From the human T2T-CHM13v2.0 reference genome, Homo sapiens, in NCBI RefSeq assembly GCF_009914755.1, contig NC_060938.1: a stretch of 64,000 nt of DNA; one strand, given 5' to 3'. Of the stretch, positions 44,841-64,000 are shown one piece after another. The position numbers were made by a program, and so were the translations under genes. Under the pieces are notes generated by a model that saw nothing but the letters and a program-made list of their open reading frames with translations, did no database searches and had not been told where the DNA came from. Position 1 is the first letter of the stretch, and each line of letters starts with the position of its first letter.

Positions 44841-45190
44841 AGTTCTCATATTGGATAGTTCTAACACTTTTCTTTCTTTCTTTCTTTTTTTTTTTTTTGA
44901 GGTGGAGTCTCGCTCTGTCACCCAAGCTGGATCTCGGCTCACTGGAAGCTCCGCCTCCCAGGTTCGCGCCATTCTCCTGCCTCAGCCTCCTGAGTAGCTG
45001 GGACTACAAGTGCCCGCCACCACGCCTGGCTAATTTTTTGTATTTTTTAGTAGAGACGGGGTTTCACTGTGTTAGCTAGGATGGTGTCGATCTCCTGACC
45101 TCGTGATCCGCCCTCCTCGGCCTCCCAAAGTGCTGGGATTAGAGGCGTTAGCCACCGCGCCCGGCCCAGATAGTTCTAACACATTTCTGA

Positions 45191-45593
<403 letters not shown>

Positions 45594-45644
45594 TAGTAGA
45601 GACAGGGTTTCAACATGTTGTTCAGGCTGGTCTCAAACCCCTGA

Positions 45645-45851
<207 letters not shown>

Positions 45852-46119
45852 TGAAAAACAACAGCTTTTCAACTCCCTCTAGGAATCAGTGGGGAAGGTG
45901 TACCTGTTCCCCTCAGGCACCTCCCACAGAGCCTCCCCACACCCTTGTTGTGCAATGAGCTTCATTAGCCTCATACCTCATCTTCCTCTCTTGTCCTCTA
46001 ACCCTATCTTCCTTCACTGCTGCCTGAGTGTATCTTCCTAGAACCTTTCTATGATTTTTCGTCATCTCAGTAGGATAGGCAAGGTTCTTCATGCTTTTAC
46101 TCTGGCCTCTCCCCACCAG

Positions 46120-46495
46120 GCACACTGAATTATGACTCCTCTCTGTGGAACACGTTCTTTCTCACTTCCCTGTGCCGGGCAGCACCTGAGTCCTCCTGGT
46201 GAATTCCAGCTCATCTGTTAAGGATTAGCTCCACTGTCTCCTCCTTCATGCTGCCTTTGTTACTTCCTTCAGGCCCCAAGCACCCCTTTCTCCCTGAACA
46301 AGGACACAGGCCCTAGCACACCCCTCCCCTGGAGCACCTGCTACCTGCATTGTCACAGTCTACCCAGGGGTTGCACCCACCGTTCAGTGAGCTCCTGGAT
46401 GACAAGCCCTAGACTTTTTGATCTTTATGTTCCCCGCACTGCCAGGAACAAAAATAGACTCAACAAATGCTTGTTGAATGAATAAGTAAAAGAAT
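46120..46495 (+). mobile_element. L2 3' end fragment
   Basis: Typical L2 terminus ...CTCAACAAATGCTTGTTGAATGAAT. Confidence 0.7.
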
Positions 46496-46637
46496 GAAGA
46501 GTTCATGGCCACGTGCAGTGGCTCACGCCTGTAATCCCAGCACTTTGGGAGGGTGAGGCAGGCAGATCACAAGGTCAGGAATTCAAGACAAGCCTGGCCA
46601 ACATGGTGAAGCCCCGTCTCTACTAAAAATAATTTTA

Positions 46638-47015
<378 letters not shown>

Positions 47016-47050
47016 TTATTCTGATACACATATTTTTAAAAATAGTGTCA

Positions 47051-47284
<234 letters not shown>

Positions 47285-47503
47285 TCAGGAGGCTGAGGCA
47301 GAGTCTCACTCGGCTGAATCACTTGAACCCAGAGGACAGAGACTGCAGTGAGCCTAGATTGTGCCATTGCACTCCAGCCTGGGCAACAGAGCAAGACTCC
47401 ATCTCAAAAAAAAAAAAAAAAGAAAGGAATGGTAATCAACTTACATTGCTTAGTTCACCCATAATGTAATCACTTGATATCAATTTTTAAAAGAAAGCCT
47501 CTA

Positions 47504-47784
<281 letters not shown>

Positions 47785-48180
47785 TCAAAAAAAAAAAAAA
47801 AAGAAAGCCTGTACTATAGTCATATTGAAGGCAGGGTAGAGAAGAGTTCTAGGTTTCTTTCTGACCATAATATAAAGTAAATGTAATTAACTAAAGTAAT
47901 ATGAATCAAGAATCCATAATATAAACATATTATTATTTAGACAGAGAAAGTGAATACCAGAAAAAAAAGTGAATTGGAAGTAGATACCTCTGAGCAACAG
48001 GATCATGTCTACGGGAGGGAAATGCTGTTTTTGTTGCTTTTTAGTACTATTTTATGTTTATAACTGTTTACATGTTAAAAATTTACAGGCGGGCACAGTG
48101 GCTCACACCTGTAATCCCAGCACTTTGGGAGGCCAAGGCAGACAGATCACGAGGTCAGGAGATCGAGACCATCCTGGCTA

Positions 48181-48450
<270 letters not shown>

Positions 48451-48479
48451 GAATAGTGTAGGAATACACATACCATAGT

Positions 48480-49501
<1,022 letters not shown>

Positions 49502-49944
49502 TATTCAAAACACAGTGGAGCCAGGCACTGTGGCTAATGCCTGTAATCTCAGCACTTTGGGAAGCCAAAGCAGGAAGATTGCTTGAGCCCAGGAGTTTGA
49601 GACTAGCCTGGGCAACATGACGAAACACAGTATGTACAAAAAAAAAAAAAAAAAATTAGCCAGGTGTGGTGGTACACGTCTGTAGTCCCAGCTACCCAGG
49701 AGGCTGAAGCAAGAGGATTCCGTGAGCCAGGGAATTTGAGGTGGCAGTGAGCTCTGACTGTACCATTGCTCCCCAGCCTGGGCAACAAAACAAGACCCCG
49801 TCTCAAAAAAACAAAAACAAAACACACTGGGGAAGGCACATTTCACGCAAGTCTGTGTCATCCGTGTAATGCTCTCTGGGAATCTCTACGAAGGCACATG
49901 ATATATTTTGACAGACTGTGATCCTCCCTAGGAATTATTTATCA

Positions 49945-50244
<300 letters not shown>

Positions 50245-50298
50245 TCATCTCAAAAAAAAAAAAAAAAAAAAAAAAGGAAAGCCATCTTGGCAGCCTTG

Positions 50299-50444
50299 TG
50301 TTGCAGAACTTTTCCTTAGTTCAGCTAAAGATGGGGTCCTTGTCCATCCCATGGCCAAGACAACTGAGGCTCGTAGATGGTCTGAAGGATGAGTAAAGCA
50401 GGGTTTTATTAGGTAAAAAAGAAGAAAAGGGGGAAGCAGGGACT
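50299..50444 (-). mobile_element. ERV1 LTR 3' fragment (MER61-like)
   Basis: TGTTGCAGAACTTTTCCTTAGTTCAGCTAAAGATGGGGTCC terminus. TTTATT (AATAAA on minus) at ~50405. Confidence 0.55.
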
Positions 50445-50473
50445 AATAAGCAGGGACCACTATATTTTATTCA

Positions 50474-50986
<513 letters not shown>

Positions 50987-51141
50987 TCACGCCTGTAATC
51001 AGCAGTAGGAGGCCAAGGCAGGCCGATCACTTGAGGCCAGGAGTTGGAGACCAGCCTGGCCAACATGGAGAAAACCCGTCTCTACTAATAATACAAAAAT
51101 TAGCCTGTGTGATGGCACGCACCTGTAACCCCAGCTACTCA

Positions 51142-51243
<102 letters not shown>

Positions 51244-51599
51244 TCAAAAACAAAACAAACAAACAAAAACACAAGAACAGGGGACAGGAAAAGCCACTTC
51301 GTTTGGGAGCCTTTAAAGTCATTAATGTTAGCTACTTCTACGTCAGCACAGAGGAATTACACACCAAGGTGGTCTAAGATGTTAAGAATTCATTTAAACA
51401 TGAGATTACTTCTTTTGGATTCTGTAAGTGCTAATGTTGAGAAATTCATGACTATTGCTTACCTGTTTGCATTTTATTTAAGGATGTTCTGGAAGAGCAT
51501 TATCACATTTTCCCATCAGAGCTTGTGCAAAGAGGAAGCATTAGTGCTTCCTCCATCACTAAAGGAGAGGCCTTGCTTTTGAAGGCGGGGCCAGAGATT

Positions 51600-51960
51600 C
51601 TGCAAGTAGCTCACAGCGTGGCTTAAGGCTCTGCGTGAAGGCTCAAGTTAGCCGATTTTGACACATATGCAAATGATTATTTGCTAATCAAGCAACAACC
51701 AGAGTCATTAGCGCCTTTACAGCCCTTGGGATTGTGAGGACAAGTTGGTCAGGAGACAGGTGGCGCTCACTACCCCCATCTTGGATCCGTTGAGAGTTGC
51801 AGATCAGTAAAAACTTGGGAGCAACCCCGATGACTCATCTCTGAGTTGTCTCAACAGTGTGTTCCGGGAACTGGTAGAACAAATGGAATCTTTCAAAGGC
51901 CCGGGTCGCAAGAAGCTCACAGCCCAGATACGTAAGCATTACGCACAATTCCATTACCCC
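51600..51960. promoter_or_regulatory. Candidate distal enhancer/insulator (octamer, CTCF-like, AP-1, STAT motifs)
   Basis: ATGCAAAT 51667-51674, CAGGTGGCGCT 51757-51767, ATGACTCAT 51830-51838 and TTCCGGGAA 51862-51870, in non-repetitive, CpG-retaining DNA. Confidence 0.55.
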
Positions 51961-52422
51961 TGCAAGGCAAGCAGCCCATGCCAGCAACAGAGGCCAACCA
52001 GCCACAGGCTTCACTCAGGCAGCTTTGGTTTCATCTACAGATCCTGCTTTATTGTAACATGAGCACTGATGAAAAATTGGTAGGACTGAGAAAGTTAAAA
52101 CTCTGTGCTGCCCAGATTAGGATAACAGACACACATAAAGGCATCTACAAAATTAAGAAGAAAGCGTCTCTCCCAATGACACATTACAGCTGTAAAGTAT
52201 TGTCTTCTTTGAATGACCACTGCTCTCTTACTGAAATCCTTTGTTCTTTGAAATCACAGAGTATCAGAAACTTTGCTGTATGAAATTCTATCAGTAAGAA
52301 TGAAATATTCCACTCTTGGCCAGGTGACTCTAAGTCACCTTAATACAGAGAAGCAGCCTTAATTGACAACCCAAGTCTAAGGCTTCCGAATGGGGATCTG
52401 TGTACACAGCATTCCTCATCTA

Positions 52423-52647
<225 letters not shown>

Positions 52648-52669
52648 TCACTTGAGGTCGGGAGTTCTA

Positions 52670-52850
<181 letters not shown>

Positions 52851-53243
52851 TCAAAAAAAAATAAATAAATAAAATAAAACACACACACAGAAAAACAAAC
52901 AAAAAACTGTCCTTTGGTCCTCTGGTGTACAGTCTACCTCATTGCAACGGGTTAATAAACCTGACTTTCTCAGATTCCAAGTCTGTGCCTGAATGGGCTA
53001 GGACTGCATCGCAATCTATGAGAACCCTGCTGGTCTCAAAAAGGCTACATAACAATCTGTTTAGTATAGTATTTGGGATATGACTATACAGGTGTTGCAG
53101 GGAAAAACATTTAGCAAATTTATGCCTGAGATTCAGTTTCTTAATAAATATAGTCATTTGTTAGCTTAAAACTTAATTCTGTCCTTGAATTATGATTATT
53201 AAAATGTGAAAATAGCATTTTAAGAGCCTTAAAGTCTGCTTTA

Positions 53244-53402
<159 letters not shown>

Positions 53403-54059
53403 TTAATTAGCAAGGCATGGTGGGGCACACCTATAGTCCCAGCTACTTGGGAAGCTGAGAGGGAGGATTGCTTGAGCCTGGGAGGTAGAGGCTGCAGTGA
53501 GCCATGACTGCACCACTGCACTCCAGCCTGCTCAACAGAGCAAGACTCTGTCTTGAAAATATATACACGGAAAATTTGCATTCAGAGAAAAAAAATTCTC
53601 AGAGTTTGGTCAAAGAAAGTTAGCCTCACAGGGCTGAATTCCTGGCCAATTCATACTAATCCTGTAAGACTTGGCTCAAACATTCTCTCTTCTTGAAAGC
53701 TGTCCCTAATCCTTCTCTTCTATACTCTGGTGGCACCTGCTGTTATATTTGTGCCATGGCACACGCCAACCACAATATTGGGGTTGTTGGTTTACCTGTT
53801 TTCCCTGTTCATCTCAACTCATTGAGAGCAGAGCCCCTGTCACTGATCTGTAAATTGCACCTGGCACACAGGAGGAACTCAATTCATGATGAATAGATGA
53901 AGCTGTGAATGGAGGGGAGGTTAGGAGCAAGAAAACCAGTTGGAAGATGGTTGTGATGGTCCACAAGGGATGAACATAACCTGGACACCGTGTTTGACTA
54001 GATGAAAAAGTAGATGAGTATGGAACATTATATTTTATTCTATTTTTATTATTTTTTGA

Positions 54060-54164
<105 letters not shown>

Positions 54165-54543
54165 TGAGTAGGTGGGATTAGAGGCGCCTGCCACCACGCC
54201 TGACTAATTTTTTTTTCTTTTTTTTTTTGAGCTAGAGTCTGACTCTGTCGCCCAGGCTGGAGTGAAGTGCAGCAGGCTGGTCTTGAACTCCTGACCACAG
54301 GTGATCCGCCCACCTCGGCCTCCCAAAGTGCTGGGATTACAGGCATGAGCCACTGCGTCTGGCCTAATTTTTGTATTTTTAGTAGAGACAGGGTTCCGCC
54401 ATGCTGGCCAGGCTGGTCTTGAATTCCTGACATCAGGTGATCTGCCTGCCTTGGCCCCCCAAAGTGCTGGGATTACAGGTGTGAGCTACCGCGCCCAGCC
54501 TTGGAACATTTTAAAGGAAGAAGAGGCTGGGTGTGGTGGCTCA

Positions 54544-54898
<355 letters not shown>

Positions 54899-55397
54899 TC
54901 AAATAAATTTAAAATTTTTTAAACCTACACAGATAGGGAGTGGAAACTACAACTGGAATAGAGGAATCCTAAAGTAGCTAGTTCATGCATTTGAGATAAG
55001 ATTTTGCGAGATCCTTGGAAAATCTATTATGCTTTTGGACATTCAAAATTAAAGTCAAGGCTCAAAATAGACTTGGGAGTCATTAACATTGAGGCTGAAA
55101 CTTTTTTTAAAAAGTAGATGAACTCTCTGAAGAAGAGACTGTGTGTTGAGTACAAGGCTGAAACACTGAAACTTGGAAAATGCAAAGGTCTAAAGCAAAA
55201 AAGGAGGGAGGAAGAGGCAACAAAGATGAGTGTGTTCATGGAGAAACAGGGAAGTGCAACAACCCAGACACCAATGGAGAAGCGCTGCCTGCAGGGGAGG
55301 AGAGGAAAACCCAAGAGAATCACCTGAAAAACTATTCAAACTCAAAGTTCAGCAAGGTGCTAAGTTGCAAAGTACAGCAACCACTTACAACAATTGA

Positions 55398-55505
<108 letters not shown>

Positions 55506-55709
55506 TGAGGTCAGGAGTTCGAGACCATCCTGACCAACAAAGTAAAACCCCGTCTCTACTAAAAATACAAAAATTAGCCAGGTGTGGTGGCAGTCTGTAG
55601 TCCCAGGTACTCAGGAGGCTGAGACAGGAGAATTGCTTGAACCCGGGAGGCGGAGGTTGCAGTGAGCACCATTGCACTCCAGCCTGGGCAACAGGAAAGA
55701 CTCCGTCTC

Positions 55710-55740
<31 letters not shown>

Positions 55741-55861
55741 AAATATAATGGACAAAAGATCCCATTTGTAATGGCAAAAGCCAAAAGATAATAATGACAG
55801 ATAAACTATAAAAATGTGTGGTACTTTTGAAAATATAATGGAAAAATTCTATTTTCAATAG

Positions 55862-55996
55862 TAAAAAAAAAAGAAAGAAAAGAAAGAAAGAAAGAAAAAG
55901 AGAAAGAAAGAAAAGAAAGAAAGGGAACGAAAGAGAAGAAAGAAAGGGAAGGAAAGGAAGAAAAGAAAGAAAGGGAAGGAAAGGAAGGAAGAAAGA
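55862..55996 (+). repeat. (GAAA)n/(GGAA)n polypurine tract
   Basis: ~135-bp nearly pure A/G run. Confidence 0.93.
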
Positions 55997-56032
55997 ATCC
56001 AGTCTGAGCAATATGGCAAGACCCAGTCTCTA

Positions 56033-56227
<195 letters not shown>

Positions 56228-56292
56228 TCATGCCTGTAATGCCAACTCTTTGGGAGGCCAAAGCAGGCAGATCAGCTGAGGTCAGGAATTCA

Positions 56293-56528
<236 letters not shown>

Positions 56529-57379
56529 TCAAACACCTAGGAATAAACTTGTATGGTACTTTTATGAATGTACTACAAAAACCAAAAGATGTAGATTTGA
56601 ATAATGAGAGGACATAGCAGATGGAAAACATGATATTATGAAGATATCAGTGCTCTCCACATTTACACATTTAATGCAGTTTCAAGCCAAAATAAATTCC
56701 AAGTGGACCGAGGAGATATACGAAAAACAAAAACAGATAAAAGAAGTATAAAAGAAAAAAAATGGCAAGGAAAAATTTTCTAGGCATAATCCCAAAAGTA
56801 GGACCATTAAGAAAATGATAGCTAGATAAGATTCTGAACAAACCTGATTCCTAGAGCCCAAGGCCTAGAGCTCAGAGCTTTGCAATATCCTCCTCAGTCC
56901 ATGAATTTGTGATAAGAACATTGCAATTTTTCCTTCCACGATATTTCTGCCCTGTACAGATGAATATTAGCTCAAGATATTTCTGTGCCCTTTATAGATG
57001 AGTCATCTGTAAGTATTCATCAAAGATATTCACATTCTCACTGTGGGTGAATCCACACTATAGAACCTCAGATTCTACAACCACTCTCAAGGCCTTATGA
57101 TATAGCAAGCCCTCAGCTCTGGCGGAGAAATAGGATCAAGAGCAAAGATCATGCCATTCATATCTGGCACCAACAAGCCAAAAGCCAAAATTCCACACCA
57201 TGAGTGTGCTTGGGACTGGGGTTGCTCTGGCCCTAGAAGTAGGTGAAACACACCCCACTTAACTAAAAGCAGTGACCAAAAGCCAGGAGGTAATAGGAGC
57301 AATTATCTGTATTAAGGAGAATATGCAAATGTTCTCCAGCTTACTTCTTTGACATGCTTTTTTAGAAAATTGTGCTCTA

Positions 57380-57569
57380 CATTGGTTCTCAAACTTTAGC
57401 ATACATCAGAATCACTGAAGGACTTGTTAAAAAGACTACTGGGGCCCACCCTAAATCACTCTGAATTTCTGAAACAATTGGCCTGGATCTGAACCAAGTC
57501 TGCATTTCTGACAAATTCCCAGTTGGTGCTGATTCTGCTGGTCTGGGGACCACACTTTAAGAACCACTG
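57380..57569. mobile_element. MER5A (hAT-Charlie) DNA transposon
   Basis: TIR-like ends CATTGGTTCTCAAACTT / CACTTTAAGAACCACTG. Internal CATCAGAATCAC and TCTGCATTTCTGACAA. Confidence 0.85.
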
Positions 57570-57798
57570 CACTACAATTGTGATATTGGGTGTGGACCTG
57601 AAAGAAAGGCAAAAAGGAAGCTCTTGATTCTGTTTGCTTTTGACGAAGAAGTCCTTGGAGAGAAGCATCTGGAGACTGAGACTACCCAGAGGGGTCAGAC
57701 AGTCTTCCAGGGGCTATGCAACGGAATTCCTTTCTTATAAATATCCCTCCCTAAACCTTAGTAAAGTTACTAAATTCAGAACATGCTTAGTTTGAGTT

Positions 57799-57839
57799 TG
57801 TGTGTGTGTGTGTGGGTGTGTGTGTGTGTGTGTGTGTGT
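57799..57839 (+). repeat. (TG)n microsatellite, one interruption
   Basis: TGTG run with a single GG. Confidence 0.95.
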
Positions 57840-58307
57840 AAAACTGCTGCATAGGATCAAACCAACAATAAAAAAACAAGAAGAGGAAATAGAACCATGG
57901 GGTAGCAATGTCAGGAATTCACTGAGCAGGGGAAAGAGTTTCAACTGTACAAAGTAGGATACAGGAGAAATTTACTAAAATCTCTAAGGGCAGGAAGATT
58001 AGTGAATGTTCCAGTCTCCTGATGCTTTACCTTAATTTGCATATATCTTTTCTGAGCATTCAGTTGCCGACATATTTATCCCCAACATTAATTCTTAATT
58101 CGTTCTGATTCTAAACACTTTACCCGGCTGGGCGTGATGGTTCACACCTGTAATCCCAACACTTTCGGAGGCTGGGCCAGATGGATCATCTGAGGTCAAG
58201 AGTTGGAGACCATCCTGGCCAACATGGTGAAACCCCGTCTCTGCTAAAACTACAAAAACAAAATTAGCCAGGCGTGGTGGCGCATGCGTGTAAATCCCAG
58301 CTACTCA

Positions 58308-58433
<126 letters not shown>

Positions 58434-58935
58434 CTAAAAATTCATAATTTGTAAAGAAATGTAAGTGCAGAAGATTGCTCTCAAACTTAAAATAATTAAA
58501 ACTCTCCTGCATTTAAAATACCATTCTTAATTTACCTGTTTCATACATTTAAAAAAAATCTTTTTGGGTTTTTTTTTTTTGTTTTTTGTTTTTTGTTTTT
58601 TTTTGAGGTGGAGTTTTGTTCTTGCTGCCCAGGCTGGAGTGAAATGGCGCGATCTTGGCTCACCGCAACCTTCGCCTCCCGGGCTCAAGTGATTCTCCTG
58701 CCTTAGTCTCCCGAGTAGCTGGGATTACAGGCATGAGCCACCATGCCCGGCTAATTTTGTATTTTTAGTAGAGACTGGGTTTCTCCATGTTGGTCAGGTT
58801 GGTCTCGAACTCCTGACCTTACATAATCCGCCCGACTCGGCCTCCCAAAGTGTTGAGATTACAGGAGTGAGCCACTGAGCATGGCCGGGTTTTTTTGTTT
58901 GTTTTGTTTTGTTTTTCTGTTTTTTGTTTTTTTGA

Positions 58936-59094
<159 letters not shown>

Positions 59095-59100
59095 TAGTAG

Positions 59101-59229
<129 letters not shown>

Positions 59230-59319
59230 TGATATTCTGTAGAGATTTCACAAGGCGGCATATGTCTCTGAAACCCCTTCATGATGATTATAAACTGTGG
59301 CCTCTTTAAAGACAGAGCT

Positions 59320-59863
<544 letters not shown>

Positions 59864-60116
59864 CTACTGCTTGATACCCTATGTATTAGACTAAAGTAAA
59901 ATCCTGTCAAGGACTATTTCTGCACCGTGGAACTGAAGAATGACTTTGTTAAATTTCAACCAATTTAAAAAAATAAAACAGGGCTGGGCATGGTGGCTCA
60001 CACCTGTAATCCTAGCACTTTGGGAGGCTGAGGCAGGTGGATCACCTGAGGTGAGGAGTTCAATACCAGCCTGGCCAGCATGTTGAAACCCCATCTCTAC
60101 TAAAATACAAAAGTTA

Positions 60117-60473
<357 letters not shown>

Positions 60474-60797
60474 TCACTTAACGGGGACCTGGGAGCCAGA
60501 GGTTACAGTGAGCTGAGATCACACCACTGCACTCCAGCCTGGGCTACAGAGCGTGACTCTGTCTCAAAACAAAACAAAACAAACAAACAAAAAGATAAAC
60601 TTCAACCCATTTTTAAATGGTCTTTCTAATTATATGAGTTTCAGATGGACTTTGAACATAGGAGAAATGGAAGAGTCCTCATACAGTGAACAAACATCAG
60701 CGTATCACATTCCCAAGGTAGGGGATAAGTTAAACCCTTTTAGATAAGGTTTACAAGAGTCATTACAACTTTCCATTGAGATAAGCTGGAAGGTTAT

Positions 60798-61065
60798 TGT
60801 GGTAGCCAGTCACCAAATGGCCCCAGTGATCCTTGCTTCCTGGAATTCACTTACTAGTTTACACACCTTCCCACTTGGAATCATGTGGGAAGGTGTGTAA
60901 CATGGAATCATGTTGTACTCTATGTCCAACAGAATGAGGCAGAAGTAACAGTGTGTTGTTTCCAAGGCTAGATCATAAAAGATATTGCAGTTTGTACCTT
61001 CGTCTTGGTCTTAGATCACTGACTCCAGGGGAAGCCTGCAGTGAGGACACTCAGCAGTCCTATGG
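60798..61065 (+). mobile_element. MLT1 (MaLR) LTR fragment
   Basis: TGTGGTAG...ATGGCCCCAGTGATCC start; TTCCAAGGCTAGATCATAAAAG. Confidence 0.65.
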
Positions 61066-61067
61066 GT

Positions 61068-62788
<1,721 letters not shown>

Positions 62789-62789
62789 G

Positions 62790-62962
62790 TTTCTGATGTC
62801 CACGGCAACAGAAGAAAAGTCTGTCCCAGCTCTCAGAGAGACCAAATTGTCTTCTGTATTTGTTCTTTCTGGGCCGATCGGATGGTGCCCACCAACACTG
62901 AGGGCAGATCTTCCCAACCCAGTGCACTAGGAATCACACAGTAATCTGCTCTGGAAACATCT
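62790..62962 (-). mobile_element. MLT2 (ERVL) LTR fragment
   Basis: GGATGGTGCCCACCAACACTGAGGGCAGATCTTCCC...CTCTGGAAACA is characteristic of antisense MLT2C. Confidence 0.7.
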
Positions 62963-63010
62963 TTAAGCATCAAACCTTAAAGAAGGTAATACTTGTTAAG
63001 ATTTCATGTA

Positions 63011-63324
<314 letters not shown>

Positions 63325-63356
63325 AAGATTTCATGTAGTACCAAAGAAGAATATCA

Positions 63357-63664
<308 letters not shown>

Positions 63665-64000
63665 TTATTAATTAAATGGGGGTATTAAAGCAAAAAATAT
63701 TCAGAACTAGATAATAAAAGAAAGTCTCAAAAAATTTCAAATAAGTTATAGCATACTAACAATGGTCTCTATTCAAAACAATTAAATAATCTATCAACTA
63801 GAGCCTCGAACTTCTGGGTTCAAGTAGTTCTCCTGCCTCAGTCTTCTAAATACTTGGGACTATAGGCACATGCCACCGCACCTGGCAAAAGATAGATACA
63901 TTTTAAAAGTCCTATATATGTTTAGAAATTATAAAAGAAGGCCAGGCGTCATGGCTCACACCTGTAATCCCAGCATTTTGGGAGGCTGAAGCAGGAGGAT

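Noticed and set aside
57323-58042. Two further octamers (ATGCAAAT 57323, ATTTGCAT 58035) suggesting an snRNA-type promoter
   Set aside because: No recognisable PSE or snRNA body nearby; isolated 8-mers occur by chance.

Overview
Human genomic DNA: very Alu-dense, and it contains a human-specific AluYb8/Yb9 and a hominoid SVA. The only real gene is the 5' end of SPTSSA (serine palmitoyltransferase small subunit A; by my recollection 14q13, next to EAPP) on the minus strand. Its CpG-island promoter and coding exon 1 (16979-16868) are followed by an intron that runs off the left edge and opens with a U12 (minor-spliceosome)-type donor, GTATCCTG. The ~47 kb upstream is intergenic. It holds roughly 100 Alu elements/fragments (eye estimate for the whole window), a full-length SVA nested in an L1PB, a THE1 solo LTR, other ERV LTRs, L2/MIR relics, DNA transposons (MER5A, MER30, Ricksha-like), a full-length processed RPL23A copy whose ORF stays open through compensating frameshifts, a 25-unit self-complementary AT-rich minisatellite, and a unique motif-dense candidate enhancer at ~51.6-51.9 kb. 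The intron itself carries an ERV1 (MER51-like) env/LTR remnant and a Tigger2a. I do not see a convincing wholly new biological system. The best leads are the minor-intron donor with a competing in-frame U2 donor, the RPL23A retrocopy, the palindromic minisatellite, the enhancer cluster, and two Alus sharing an identical unusual deletion junction. Repeat subfamily names come from memory of consensus sequences and need RepeatMasker/Dfam confirmation. Almost all ORF-track entries are Alu or low-complexity artefacts.
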